Both the position numbers and the translations under genes were made by a program. Below the pieces are notes generated by a model. It was not told the origin of the DNA and did no database searches. It was given only the letters and a program-made list of their open reading frames with translations. From assembly GCA_037310415.1 (NCBI GenBank), contig CP147780.1, positions 2,464,001-2,528,000 on the forward strand: DNA of 64,000 nt, in the 5' to 3' direction. The stretch comes from Candidatus Atabeyarchaeum deiterrae (GTDB lineage: Archaea > Asgardarchaeota > Atabeyarchaeia > Atabeyarchaeales > Atabeyarchaeaceae). This document shows, in pieces, positions 22,476 through 32,128 of this stretch. Numbering within the stretch: the stretch's first letter is position 1; the number at the start of each line of letters is the position of its first letter.

Positions 22476-23240
22476 CTATTTCAGTACCTTGAACATGTAG
22501 AAGAAGTTAGTGTCGTAGTACTCGTAGTCAGAAGTAATGGGCAGCTGGTAACTCGTCTTTCCTGCGAGATACACGGGAAGAGGGATCCACCAGCCTTTTT
22601 TGCAGCTCTTGATGAGCTTGAATCCACGTGATTCCAGATGAGTAATGAACTCATCAAAAGTCCACTTGTTGCGATGATCTGGATTCTGCCCCTTTACGTG
22701 ATACTTGTAGCAATAATTGTTCGGGATGCTTACAAGGAACAACGCCTTCGGTCTCGCCACACGGCGAATTTCATCTAGGGCTTTATCTACTTGTGGAATA
22801 TGTTCTAACACTTCAGTAGCAGTCAGTACATCCACTTGATTTGAATCTAACGGTATCTTGGTAGCAGATGCGATGGCAATATTTGTAGATTTAGATCTCA
22901 ATGCTAAATCTAGGGTGTATTCCGAGAACGAGATATCAAACGCATTATAGGTTAATTGTCTCGGTAACTGCTTTTTTAGCCTCAGATCACCACATCCAAT
23001 ATCCAAGAAAGTTGTACCCTTGTTCACGTTTTCCCTGATCCACCCGCCAATAATTCCATGTATGAAACCAGAAACAAAGAAGTAGTCGCGTAAATACGCG
23101 AGAGGTTTGGCAAAAGACATTACTCTCCTCATGAGGGGGGAATATTGCAGTATTGGATTCATGGGGACTTCCTCGCCCACAGGAATTCTGCTACCCTTGA
23201 GAACTAGGTATTTCGATACTTTCCACTCTAGCGCGCCCAC
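22476..23240 (-). CDS. Class I SAM methyltransferase
   Basis: FLDIGCG, EVLEHIP, SIPN. Start may be ATG 23162. Confidence 0.85.
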   Translation of the reverse strand: MGALEWKVSKYLVLKGSRIPVGEEVPMNPILQYSPLMRRVMSFAKPLAYLRDYFFVSGFIHGIIGGWIRENVNKGTTFLDIGCGDLRLKKQLPRQLTYNAFDISFSEYTLDLALRSKSTNIAIASATKIPLDSNQVDVLTATEVLEHIPQVDKALDEIRRVARPKALFLVSIPNNYCYKYHVKGQNPDHRNKWTFDEFITHLESRGFKLIKSCKKGWWIPLPVYLAGKTSYQLPITSDYEYYDTNFFYMFKVLK

Positions 23241-23519
23241 GACCCATTAACCCCCTAACGCCTTATCGACAATCGCTTCTTGCAGGCAATCCGAATGATC
23301 AATTTCGAAAAGTCTTCCTTCAGCCGGGTTGCCTTGCTCATTCTAATCTCATTGGCGTCTTATATTCAAGAACACTCGCATATATGCATTACTATTAGCT
23401 GTCAGAAAAGTTTAGCCAAACGTTTCTCGTTCATCTCTGGCACTTGCTGGGGTCTTGGAAGCGGACTGCTTCTCGGAGCCGCATAGTCGTCGGACCGTGT
23501 AGGGTTAGGCCAAGGAGTT

Positions 23520-25052
23520 TCACGTTTTCTGTTCGCCATAAAGGATTCGAAGCAACCAGCGGAGTCTTTCACCTGTCCGAGCAACTTTTTCCTTTGAGGC
23601 AAAAGCCAGAGCTATATCTGATAGATCGCTGCGTTCGATCACGCCTAGTCTTCCATATGCTAAGACCGATACGAGAAATATGATCATACCTCCGATAAAC
23701 CAGTCTAGTCTCAGGAAGAAATCTAGCATCGCTACAGCCAAGGGGACTGCGATTGTTGCAGTGATCTTCCATATTGATGCTTGAAACCGTGTTGCTTTCG
23801 AGACGATCACAGCTGCGACCAGACCCGTGATCGAACCTAAAAGGAATGTCAAGGCAGCTCCAAATCCGCTATAGATTGGAACAAAATAGAAATACAGAGC
23901 GACTCGCGGAATATTCGTTGCCAGACCGATTCCAAGTACTTTTCCATAGCAGCCTTTGGCATATACAAAGCTAGTGATAGCTGAAATGATCGTCAGAGGG
24001 ATTACGCTCAAAGCTAGAAGGGACAGGGTGGATGCTGCATCCGTGAATCCTGCACCCAAGAATGAGAGTGGAAAACTCGAATAAAATGCAAGGAAGATCC
24101 CGAAAGGACATGCTATCGCTAATGAGAGTTTCAGCACTTTCCATTCCATTCCTCGACTTGTATCATCAGAACCACTAAGGAGCGGGAAGAGTATTGACAA
24201 GAAGCTGGTTGGCAACATGGCGAGGATGCCAAAGATTGCGTAGGATACATAGTATGTTCCTCCTTCGGCAAACCCTTGAATGCCAGAAACTGCTAGGATG
24301 CCCAATTGTTGACCGACTAGAGCCATAAGTTGGGGAAGCCAACTCGGGAAACCCGCTCGCACGGATTCGCGCAGTGCCTTCGAAGAGAGGCGCACCTCCG
24401 CACTACCTAGGCGCTTCAATTGCCTAGAAGTGAAGATCATCATCAGGGTTATGAGAGCTAGATTGCCCAGTAGTATTCCGATTACTGCTCCAAACCATCC
24501 GAAGCCCATGTAGACCAAGAAAACGCCAAAAACAACTTTGACAATGCTCGAAATGATATATGCAACAGCCCAATACTGTGTTTTTAAAGTTGACGTGAAA
24601 AATGCGTCAAACATCCCTGAAAAGCTCAGCAGAATCATGAACCCCGCCAAAATCAGCATTGTGTTGTCGAATTGCCAAATGGTCACGCCAAGCAAGGCCA
24701 CAACCCAAATGAAGACTGCTGACAGCAGGCAAAACATCGCAGTGAATACAAAAGACGACCAGAAATGGGTTCTTAGACTTTTGATATTCCTGTGACCGAA
24801 ATCTCGACCTAGAAACCGTTGAACTCCAATTGGCACTCCTAATGTGGCGAACCATGAGACAAGCAAACTCAAACTGTAGATGGAACTCGCTATGCCAACG
24901 GCTTGCCTCCCGCTGAGAATCAAGATGAGAAACCAGTACGCGTATGCAAGTACTGCTGTTACAACCGATCCCACGAAAAGGAACAACCCACTGCGTGCAA
25001 CGCCACCAATACTCAAATCGTGTTCCAAGCCTCCATTGGTTCCATAGCTCAA
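23520..25052 (-). CDS. Oligosaccharide flippase (Wzx/MOP family)
   Basis: About 14 TM segments, located in the glycan cluster, MOP-like pattern (TLGVPIGVQRFL; FVPIYSGFGAA). Confidence 0.8.
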   Translation of the reverse strand: MSYGTNGGLEHDLSIGGVARSGLFLFVGSVVTAVLAYAYWFLILILSGRQAVGIASSIYSLSLLVSWFATLGVPIGVQRFLGRDFGHRNIKSLRTHFWSSFVFTAMFCLLSAVFIWVVALLGVTIWQFDNTMLILAGFMILLSFSGMFDAFFTSTLKTQYWAVAYIISSIVKVVFGVFLVYMGFGWFGAVIGILLGNLALITLMMIFTSRQLKRLGSAEVRLSSKALRESVRAGFPSWLPQLMALVGQQLGILAVSGIQGFAEGGTYYVSYAIFGILAMLPTSFLSILFPLLSGSDDTSRGMEWKVLKLSLAIACPFGIFLAFYSSFPLSFLGAGFTDAASTLSLLALSVIPLTIISAITSFVYAKGCYGKVLGIGLATNIPRVALYFYFVPIYSGFGAALTFLLGSITGLVAAVIVSKATRFQASIWKITATIAVPLAVAMLDFFLRLDWFIGGMIIFLVSVLAYGRLGVIERSDLSDIALAFASKEKVARTGERLRWLLRILYGEQKT

Positions 25053-25332
25053 ATGAGTTACCGCTACAATTTATTTCATGATTTCTTGCTAGATTATCTG
25101 GGGGCACGTCCCACTTGATCCGTTACAGCTTGGACCTTCTTGGATTACTACCGATGGTCTTCAGCTGAACTCATTTGGCCATAGGGCTCTGGTTTACCGA
25201 TTCAGAAGTTTGTCATGCAACGCAAGTGATGGTAGTATAAGATCTCTTTTTAGCGTTCCTATAAATACTATAGGTGTCGTTAGTAGTAATGAACTGAAGA
25301 CTGCTAGGTCATCTTTCGAAGATGGCGATCAA

Positions 25333-26643
25333 ATGATCTCGATAGTCGTCGTTTACAATGACAAGCGATCACTAAACCAAATTCTACTTAGTAGTCTGAA
25401 TAAGCAAACTTCCAAGTTTGAGTTGTTAGCTCTTGATAACACTAAGGGCAGATTCGTATCTGCAGCAGAAGCGCTGAACTACGGGGGAGCAAAAGGAACT
25501 GGAAAGTACTTGATGTTTGTCCACCAAGACGTAGAACTAGACTCCGAGTCGTGGTTGAAGAAGGTCGAGCAGGTTCTTGATCGCATAGATGACCTCGGAG
25601 TTGCTGGAGTAGCTGGCATGAGCGAAAGAGGAAGGACAAATAGGGAAAGGGGAAGGGGGTGTATAAGTAACAACGGCGTGATTTGGGAATGGGGTAACCC
25701 CGTCAAAAAACCTCAGCCAGTACAGACCCTAGACGAGTGCCTATTAATAGTACCAAAAGTGGTTTTCAATAAGGTCAAGTTCGATCAAAAGACATTTGAC
25801 TACTGGCACAGTTACGGTGTGGACTATTGTCTGACTGTGAGAAAAAAGGGGCTAAAAGCATATGTGATTCCTGCGTTTGTCTACCACAGGTCACATAAGA
25901 CGAACGTCAAAGATCTGCATAAATACGAAAGGAGATTGTTGGACAAACACAGGGAATATAAGCGCATCTTCACGTGCTCAGGCGAGGTTTCCAGACAAAA
26001 ACTTAGAGTGAATTCGCTCACTGATTTTATCCGGCCCTACTACAAGGAAATGTTTCCCGACAGGGTTGCGCTCTTAAAAAGAGAGTTTTTTAATGGTGAG
26101 TCCGTCTTGGATTTGGGTTGCGGTTATGATTCCCCAATTCAGTATTGTAGAGTAAGGTCTTCGCTTGGCGTCGATCTGTCTGAATCCAATCTGCAAGAGA
26201 GTAAGAAGAAATTTATTCACACACAGTACATCAAAGCTGACGTAAAGGACATACTTTTCAAACCCAAATCGTTTGATGTAGTCATGTGTCTAGAGGTTCT
26301 CGATTATCTGACCAAGGAAGAAGGCTACGGTCTGATCTTAATAATGGAGCAACTGGCAAGAGGCAAAGTCATAATATCCACTCTAAGCGGATATCTGCCG
26401 CGAGGGAAGGATGAGAATCTTGTGCGGAATCCTAAGTCCAGTTGGTCAATTGAAGAACTCGGCAGGCTTGGCTTTAAGACACGAATAGCCTACGGCTGGA
26501 GAAGACTCGCGCTCTATAGCAAGACAAGCTACAATTCTTCTTTCTTGTGGGAGAGAGTATTAGAGCTGTCCCAGAAATTTACTCATCATTTTCCAAAGCA
26601 GGCATACCAGTTGCTGTGTGTGAAAGATATCGGGCAACGCTAG
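25333..26643 (+). CDS. Fusion of GT2-like glycosyltransferase and class I SAM methyltransferase
   Basis: N-domain ISIVVVYN, FVHQDV, QTLDECLL, WHSYGVDYCL. C-domain VLDLGCG, FDVVMCLEVLD. Start at ATG 25333; TATAAA at about 25260. Confidence 0.85.
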   Translation: MISIVVVYNDKRSLNQILLSSLNKQTSKFELLALDNTKGRFVSAAEALNYGGAKGTGKYLMFVHQDVELDSESWLKKVEQVLDRIDDLGVAGVAGMSERGRTNRERGRGCISNNGVIWEWGNPVKKPQPVQTLDECLLIVPKVVFNKVKFDQKTFDYWHSYGVDYCLTVRKKGLKAYVIPAFVYHRSHKTNVKDLHKYERRLLDKHREYKRIFTCSGEVSRQKLRVNSLTDFIRPYYKEMFPDRVALLKREFFNGESVLDLGCGYDSPIQYCRVRSSLGVDLSESNLQESKKKFIHTQYIKADVKDILFKPKSFDVVMCLEVLDYLTKEEGYGLILIMEQLARGKVIISTLSGYLPRGKDENLVRNPKSSWSIEELGRLGFKTRIAYGWRRLALYSKTSYNSSFLWERVLELSQKFTHHFPKQAYQLLCVKDIGQR

Positions 26644-26707
26644 ACTAATACGAATTCTCCACAAACAAACTTGTCACCAATATGGAACGACGCTCCTTGC
26701 AGCGCCC

Positions 26708-27832
26708 CTACCTTTTGTAAGCGTCCTTCATTTCCTCTATTTTGGAGATAACGAATTCTTGATCCTTTGCCTTCATCGAATGAAACATTGGAAGGGCAAT
26801 TAGGTTCCTATACAGCTTGTCCGCTATCTCTAAGTTGCCTATTTTCCTCGCATTTCTAAAGGCTGGCTGCAGGTGTAGCGCATATGTACCAATTTGTGTC
26901 TCGACGTTCTGCTTATTCAGGTCTGCGATAATTCTGTCTCTAATCCCGTCGATTTCCAAATACGCAGCGTAGGTCTGGTAAACATGTTTGGCATTCTTGT
27001 CTTTCATGGGAGGTCTCATGAAATCTGTCTTCGCTAGGAGCCTCGTGTATTCATTTGCCAATTCAATTCTCCTTGCAATTATCTTGTCTATTTTCCTCAT
27101 TTGTGCAACGCCTATTGCTGCAAGAACATCGCTCAGTTTATAGTTTGTCCCAATCCTTTCAAAACTCTTTGACTCTTTTGTCGTTCTCATGCCAAAGGTC
27201 TTCAAGGACCTGATCTCTGTCGCAAGCTCCTCGTTGTCGGTAGTAATCATCCCTCCCTCTCCAGTAGTCACCAATTTTCTGGGGTGGAAACTAAAACAGG
27301 TAATATCCGCCATCGTACCTGTCTTCTTTCCGCCATATTCCGCCCCCAACCCACAGGCCGCATCTTCTACGATTGATAGACCATACTCCCGTTTCACTTC
27401 ATCTAGCAGTTCGCAGTTTAATGGGTTGCCCCCCCATGAAACTGGAATGATGCACTTGGTCTTATTGGTTATTGCTTTCTTGACTTCCTTCATGTCTATG
27501 TTATAGGAGTGAGGCTCCACATCGACTAACACTGGTTCGGCTCCGACTAGTCTCACGACATCGGCGGTTGCAGGGTGAGTAAAATCTGGTACTATGACCT
27601 CATTTCCTGGTCCTATCTGAAGTGCTCTCAGTGAAATCTCCAAGGCTGTTGTGCAGCTTGTGGTAGCTACTGCGTACTTGGCACCGGTGAACTTTCTCAC
27701 ACTCGCCTCAAATTCCTCTGTCACTTTACCCTCTGTCAGCCATCCAGATTCGAGCACTTTCTGAATCATTTGAAGTTCTTCTTTTCCTACTACAGGCTCT
27801 ATTAGCTTGAGTCTTCTATGTTCGGCGTTCAT
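26708..27832 (-). CDS. DegT/DnrJ family PLP sugar aminotransferase (perosamine synthase-like)
   Basis: SGWLTEG, EDAACGLG, FSFHPRKLVTTGEGG, NYKLSD. Confidence 0.94.
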   Translation of the reverse strand: MNAEHRRLKLIEPVVGKEELQMIQKVLESGWLTEGKVTEEFEASVRKFTGAKYAVATTSCTTALEISLRALQIGPGNEVIVPDFTHPATADVVRLVGAEPVLVDVEPHSYNIDMKEVKKAITNKTKCIIPVSWGGNPLNCELLDEVKREYGLSIVEDAACGLGAEYGGKKTGTMADITCFSFHPRKLVTTGEGGMITTDNEELATEIRSLKTFGMRTTKESKSFERIGTNYKLSDVLAAIGVAQMRKIDKIIARRIELANEYTRLLAKTDFMRPPMKDKNAKHVYQTYAAYLEIDGIRDRIIADLNKQNVETQIGTYALHLQPAFRNARKIGNLEIADKLYRNLIALPMFHSMKAKDQEFVISKIEEMKDAYKR

Positions 27833-28815
27833 TTTGGATCCCTCTTATCAGATGACTGCGACTCGTACCAGCGTATGGTCTTCTGCAGTCCGGTTTCAAA
27901 GTCGGTCTTTGGCGAGTAACCTATTAGTTTCTTTGCCAATGAGATATCTCCTTTGTGTCTTCTGACATCTCCTGGCCTCTCTTCTCCGTGGATAATTTCT
28001 CCATCGTAGTTTGTGAGTTTGACAATCAAGTTGATGATATCCTTTATACGGATTTCTTTCCCACTTGCAATGTTTATGGTTTTGCCTCTTGTCGAAGAGA
28101 TTTCATATATGCTAGCGATCGCCTCAGCCGTATCTTCAACGTATGTGTAATCCCGCGTCTGAAGACCATCACCATGGATAATTGGAGGTTGCCCAGACAG
28201 GATTCTACAAATGGTGATCGGGATGACGGCAGCGTAGGAACCTTCGTTCTGACGAGGACCGTATGCATTAAATGGTCTTGCTATCGCTATGTCAAGATTG
28301 TATGTTCTGTAGTATGACATAGCGATGTGATCGCACGCAATCTTGCTGGCGGCATAAGGAGTTAGTGGGAAGGTGGGATGCTTCTCATCCATTGGAACGT
28401 ATAAAGCGCTGCCATATGCTTCTGACGATGAGCAGTGAACAAGAGAAGCACATAACTTATTTCGTAGGAGTTCGCATACGGTTGAAGTGATTGATATGTT
28501 CTTGTCTATTGTTTCTTTAGGCGCTTCTAGAGATTTTGGCAGCGGAATTACCGCTAGATTAAACACAACTTCCACGTGATTTTTCTCGAAGAGATTTGCC
28601 ATCTCAGAGTAGTTGGAAGCATCCAACCTGTGTATCTCAACGATAGGGTTTTTCGCTAATTGCTCGATATTTCTCATTTTGCCAAGAGAGAAATCGTCAA
28701 TTATCAGGAGCTTGCTGGGTTCAAAAGCAATCAACTTGTCACACAGGTGACTTCCTATGAAGCCTGCGCCTCCTGTGACTACAACTACTTTACCCGATAC
28801 TTTGTTGGTTTTCAT
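27829..28815 (-). CDS. NAD-dependent sugar epimerase/dehydratase
   Basis: VTGGAGFIGSH, SSSEAYG, PYAASK, GDGLQTRDYTYVED. Confidence 0.93.
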   Translation of the reverse strand: MKTNKVSGKVVVVTGGAGFIGSHLCDKLIAFEPSKLLIIDDFSLGKMRNIEQLAKNPIVEIHRLDASNYSEMANLFEKNHVEVVFNLAVIPLPKSLEAPKETIDKNISITSTVCELLRNKLCASLVHCSSSEAYGSALYVPMDEKHPTFPLTPYAASKIACDHIAMSYYRTYNLDIAIARPFNAYGPRQNEGSYAAVIPITICRILSGQPPIIHGDGLQTRDYTYVEDTAEAIASIYEISSTRGKTINIASGKEIRIKDIINLIVKLTNYDGEIIHGEERPGDVRRHKGDISLAKKLIGYSPKTDFETGLQKTIRWYESQSSDKRDPK

Positions 28816-29249
28816 GCTTGCTCCACTATCCTTTCAGGGTTACATGCATGATATCATTATTCAGTCTTGCTTCCAATTTCACATTTAGGCATCTGACTTT
28901 TTTCTACGCGGTTTGTCATTGAATTCATCCAACTTTCTTGTCTCCGATCCTCAATATATTTGTTCGCCAAACACCTAGTTGATGCCTTACTCAGGACTGG
29001 TCCGTGTCATCAATATCGCCAATGGGGAAAAGTGCACTCAATGGTTTGCACGATGATCCGAGGTGACTTTCATCGATTTTAGCTTTCGCATACTTGGATT
29101 TTGTCATCAGATGGTAGCTGAGACAATCTCGTGCGTACCGGCTATTGAATAGGGGAAAGAAGCGAGTCTACAACAAAACTTGGCAATCGCTGGGCAGAGA
29201 GACTCTGCTGATAGGAGACGAGTGTTTGCAACGAGGTCTTTCGTTTATG

Positions 29250-30527
29250 TCAGGACCTTAGTACTCTCGCCTTGAGTTCGTTCTCACTTAGATGGTGACC
29301 ACACATCGGGCAGATTCCCTTGACGTGCAACCATTCTATGATATGATCTTCGTGGGCAGAGTTCCCGCAATATGGGCAACGGACAATTCTGTCTACGGAA
29401 CTCAAACCCAATCCGCACACCATGCAGATCGACCCTGATGGCCTCTGTTTCGTCTCATCCTTCAACGCAGTGACTCCACTATCCACTTGTGGGCTCATTC
29501 CAACCCTCCAAACAGAAGCTGCACTTCGTGCAACTATACCGGTACCATTCGTGATAGTAGTTACGGTAGGCGGAACCTTAAGCCCAGATCCCTCTTCAAG
29601 AGAAGTCGAAACACTATCTCTGGGCTCGACGCGACCTGGGTCACGTTGCTCTCCATCCGCTGCACTTCTTCTTCTCATGTATGCTGGTGCTACAAAAAGC
29701 ATTAGCACTACTACCACGATAATACTCACTGTCACTACATTTGAAGCAGGTATTACGAAGTTACCAGATTGCACCGTCACGGTCATGTTAGTGTCAACTG
29801 GCACAACATGTGTGTCCTGAACAGCTGCGGCGCTACTCGTTGGGCTTACGGACGTTGTATAAGTTGTCGCGCCGGAGTTCAAGGGATTAACGCTCGTCAC
29901 ATGGGATGATGCGCCGCTAAATGGATCCCAGGCAATGCCTCCACCAGCATCCAACTTGACAACCCAAGCATTACCAAAACTAGGACCAAACGAGCATGTC
30001 CATCCTGCCACGATGTACCCCCCATCGGAGGTCTGCTCACATGACGCCGCATTATCGCTGCCGCCACCTCCGTAGGCACTCTGCCAAACCACGCCTCCAA
30101 CGGAATCAAGCTTCAAAACCCAGAAATCATACCAGCCTGCGCCAAATGACCATGTGCTTCCCACTACTATGTAACCGCCGTCCGCTGTCTGCTTGACACC
30201 GTATGCGAAATCGTCGTTAGTCCCTCCATAGGTCTTCTGCCAAACCACACTTCCTGTGGAGTCGAGCTTCAAGACCCAGAAATCACCCATATTATCAACA
30301 GTATTTCCTCCTAAACCAAACGAACCTGTCCATCCTGCTACTATGTAGCCTCCATCAGAGGTCTGCTGAATAGAGTATGGCGTATCTTCCATATCGCTTC
30401 CGTAGGTTTTCGCCCAGTAAGTCATGGTTGCAGGGGAATTCTGTCTAACAGCTGAGTTCTTTGGGCTGGGGGTCTGCTGGCTCGGGTTGCCTAACACCAC
30501 TATTGTCGGCAGGGGAGCTATTATCAT
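29250..30527 (-). CDS. Single-pass membrane protein: extracellular beta-propeller-type repeats, S/T-rich stalk, TM helix, cytoplasmic RING-type zinc finger (putative E3 ligase)
   Basis: Three W.KTYG...QTSDGGYIV.G...D.WVLKLD repeats. TM VVTVSIIVVVVLMLFVAPAY followed by RRR. C-terminal CMVC-x12-CPYC-x4-H-x2-H-x3-W-x6-CPMC. Confidence 0.8.
   Translation of the reverse strand: MIIAPLPTIVVLGNPSQQTPSPKNSAVRQNSPATMTYWAKTYGSDMEDTPYSIQQTSDGGYIVAGWTGSFGLGGNTVDNMGDFWVLKLDSTGSVVWQKTYGGTNDDFAYGVKQTADGGYIVVGSTWSFGAGWYDFWVLKLDSVGGVVWQSAYGGGGSDNAASCEQTSDGGYIVAGWTCSFGPSFGNAWVVKLDAGGGIAWDPFSGASSHVTSVNPLNSGATTYTTSVSPTSSAAAVQDTHVVPVDTNMTVTVQSGNFVIPASNVVTVSIIVVVVLMLFVAPAYMRRRSAADGEQRDPGRVEPRDSVSTSLEEGSGLKVPPTVTTITNGTGIVARSAASVWRVGMSPQVDSGVTALKDETKQRPSGSICMVCGLGLSSVDRIVRCPYCGNSAHEDHIIEWLHVKGICPMCGHHLSENELKARVLRS
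29940..30416 (-). repeat. Three intragenic ~50-aa beta-propeller blade repeats
   Basis: QQTSDGGYIVAGWT / KQTADGGYIVVGST / EQTSDGGYIVAGWT, each followed by WV(L/V)KLD. Confidence 0.85.
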
Positions 30528-30758
30528 GAGTACTGTGATTAGTGTAACAAATCCTCTCTTGGTCGCTCTCGACGATCAACTGTATACAAGCCCCATCCAT
30601 TCCTCCGTCCGCGAATCTTCCTCGTGTTCGTACTTTAATGTCTTTCTCTGCTATTTACGTTTTGCCCGTTCGTGGGCAACTATGTTGTTGTGGCCCGTCA
30701 CCATTTTATCAGGCGCGATTACTTCGTGGTTATTAGTTTATGGTCGTAATTGTCTCTC

Positions 30759-31838
30759 TCATGAAAGAAGAGAACAAGGTGTGCCATATGCTTTGGATGG
30801 CTTAGACGAGAAGCTTGCTCTAGTCCAGAGGCATTTGTATAACTCTATTGTCTGTCTTGCGATGGTTCTAGAATCATGCATTCTTCTTACGTACTTCCTG
30901 CCATCTGCTCCAAGCTTCTTGCGCAGGTCGGGGTTTTCGATTAGCAGTTTGACGTTATCATAAAGATTATCACGATTCGTATTCAGGATTGGCAAACCTG
31001 GATAGCATTTTACAAATGCCTTATCGATGCGACACAGCACAGGCTTCCCCAATGCCATGCACTCGACAGCAAAAACGCCATAGGTCTCCGACAGCAACTG
31101 GTCAATGACAATGTCCGCTTCTCTGTATATTTCCAGTGCTTCTTCATGTGGTTTGTTTTCGACCAGTACAAAATCAATATTATATCCTTCTTCTTTGAGT
31201 CTTCTTATAACTGGTAGTACATACTTCGTCCCTTTTCCCTTTCTATTTGACGGCGCGTGAACTATTCTTATTCTATCATTATTCGTACCACAACCTGCAA
31301 ATCTGTATTTTGTCAGATCAACTGACTTCTCAATAACGAGGCTGTTTGGTACGTAGGGCAACAGTGGATAGTCTCCTACTACCAACGCATTAGCATATTT
31401 GCTGACTGTCCTTATTCTTCTCCTTTTTGCATCATCATTATCTTCTTCAAACTTCTCCTTGGCAAGTCGTGTGTAATTTGCCGCAATGTCCATTTGCCTG
31501 ACTTCAGACCCCCAATAATGCATGACTATTTTCTTTCTGAATAACTTCAGAATAGGTAAATCCAGGTAAAAAGGTAACAAACTGGTGCCAAAGTGGAAAT
31601 GAAATACATCATACTTGGCGAAGCATTTCACAAAATTCGCGATCAATGTGATCGCTTTTATCATAGTCGGCTTTTCATTTAGATTAAGGTTTAGATCATA
31701 TTTGTAATTAAGGGCATGACTGCTGCTGACAATCACTTCACTTCTGACACCCAGTGCTCTCTGCGCTTCTGCTATTGTACTCAGTTGTCCAGCAACTTCA
31801 TGAAGTGCGTGTAGCACTCTCGGGGGTCTGCCTCTCAA
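30759..31838 (-). CDS. GT4-like glycosyltransferase
   Basis: HYWGSEVR, HAPSNRKGKGT, DIVIDQL, GVFAVECMALGKPV. Confidence 0.88.
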   Translation of the reverse strand: MRGRPPRVLHALHEVAGQLSTIAEAQRALGVRSEVIVSSSHALNYKYDLNLNLNEKPTMIKAITLIANFVKCFAKYDVFHFHFGTSLLPFYLDLPILKLFRKKIVMHYWGSEVRQMDIAANYTRLAKEKFEEDNDDAKRRRIRTVSKYANALVVGDYPLLPYVPNSLVIEKSVDLTKYRFAGCGTNNDRIRIVHAPSNRKGKGTKYVLPVIRRLKEEGYNIDFVLVENKPHEEALEIYREADIVIDQLLSETYGVFAVECMALGKPVLCRIDKAFVKCYPGLPILNTNRDNLYDNVKLLIENPDLRKKLGADGRKYVRRMHDSRTIARQTIELYKCLWTRASFSSKPSKAYGTPCSLLS

Positions 31839-32128
31839 TAGTCTGCTACCTCCATAACAACACCCACAGCACTATCACAGTTGTCAGCAACATTAGACCT
31901 ACAAGTGTTGTCTCTAAAGGATTTAGTGATTTCACAAGTCATATCAATTGGGCCATTATCACATACTATGATACTACCACAAAGGGTTTCGTTAGAAGGG
32001 TAACTTTGGCTATGGTCGCCTCTTCTTAATATGCCGAGATGGTTGCTACGACTAGAGGATTTTCATTCAAGTCTGTACTCCAATCTTCAGTAAACGTTGC
32101 TGATGAGCATCGCTAATTCGAAGTTCTA

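Noticed and set aside
28816-29249. ~430-bp gap examined for an ncRNA, pseudogene or IS remnant
   Set aside because: No terminal repeats, tRNA motifs or recognisable coding remnant seen.
30576-30578. Selenocysteine at the in-frame TGA
   Set aside because: The position lies in a signal-peptide n-region with no redox motif, and I could not identify a SECIS element.
30424-30963. 179-aa + strand ORF
   Set aside because: It overlaps two well-supported minus-strand genes; a shadow ORF.
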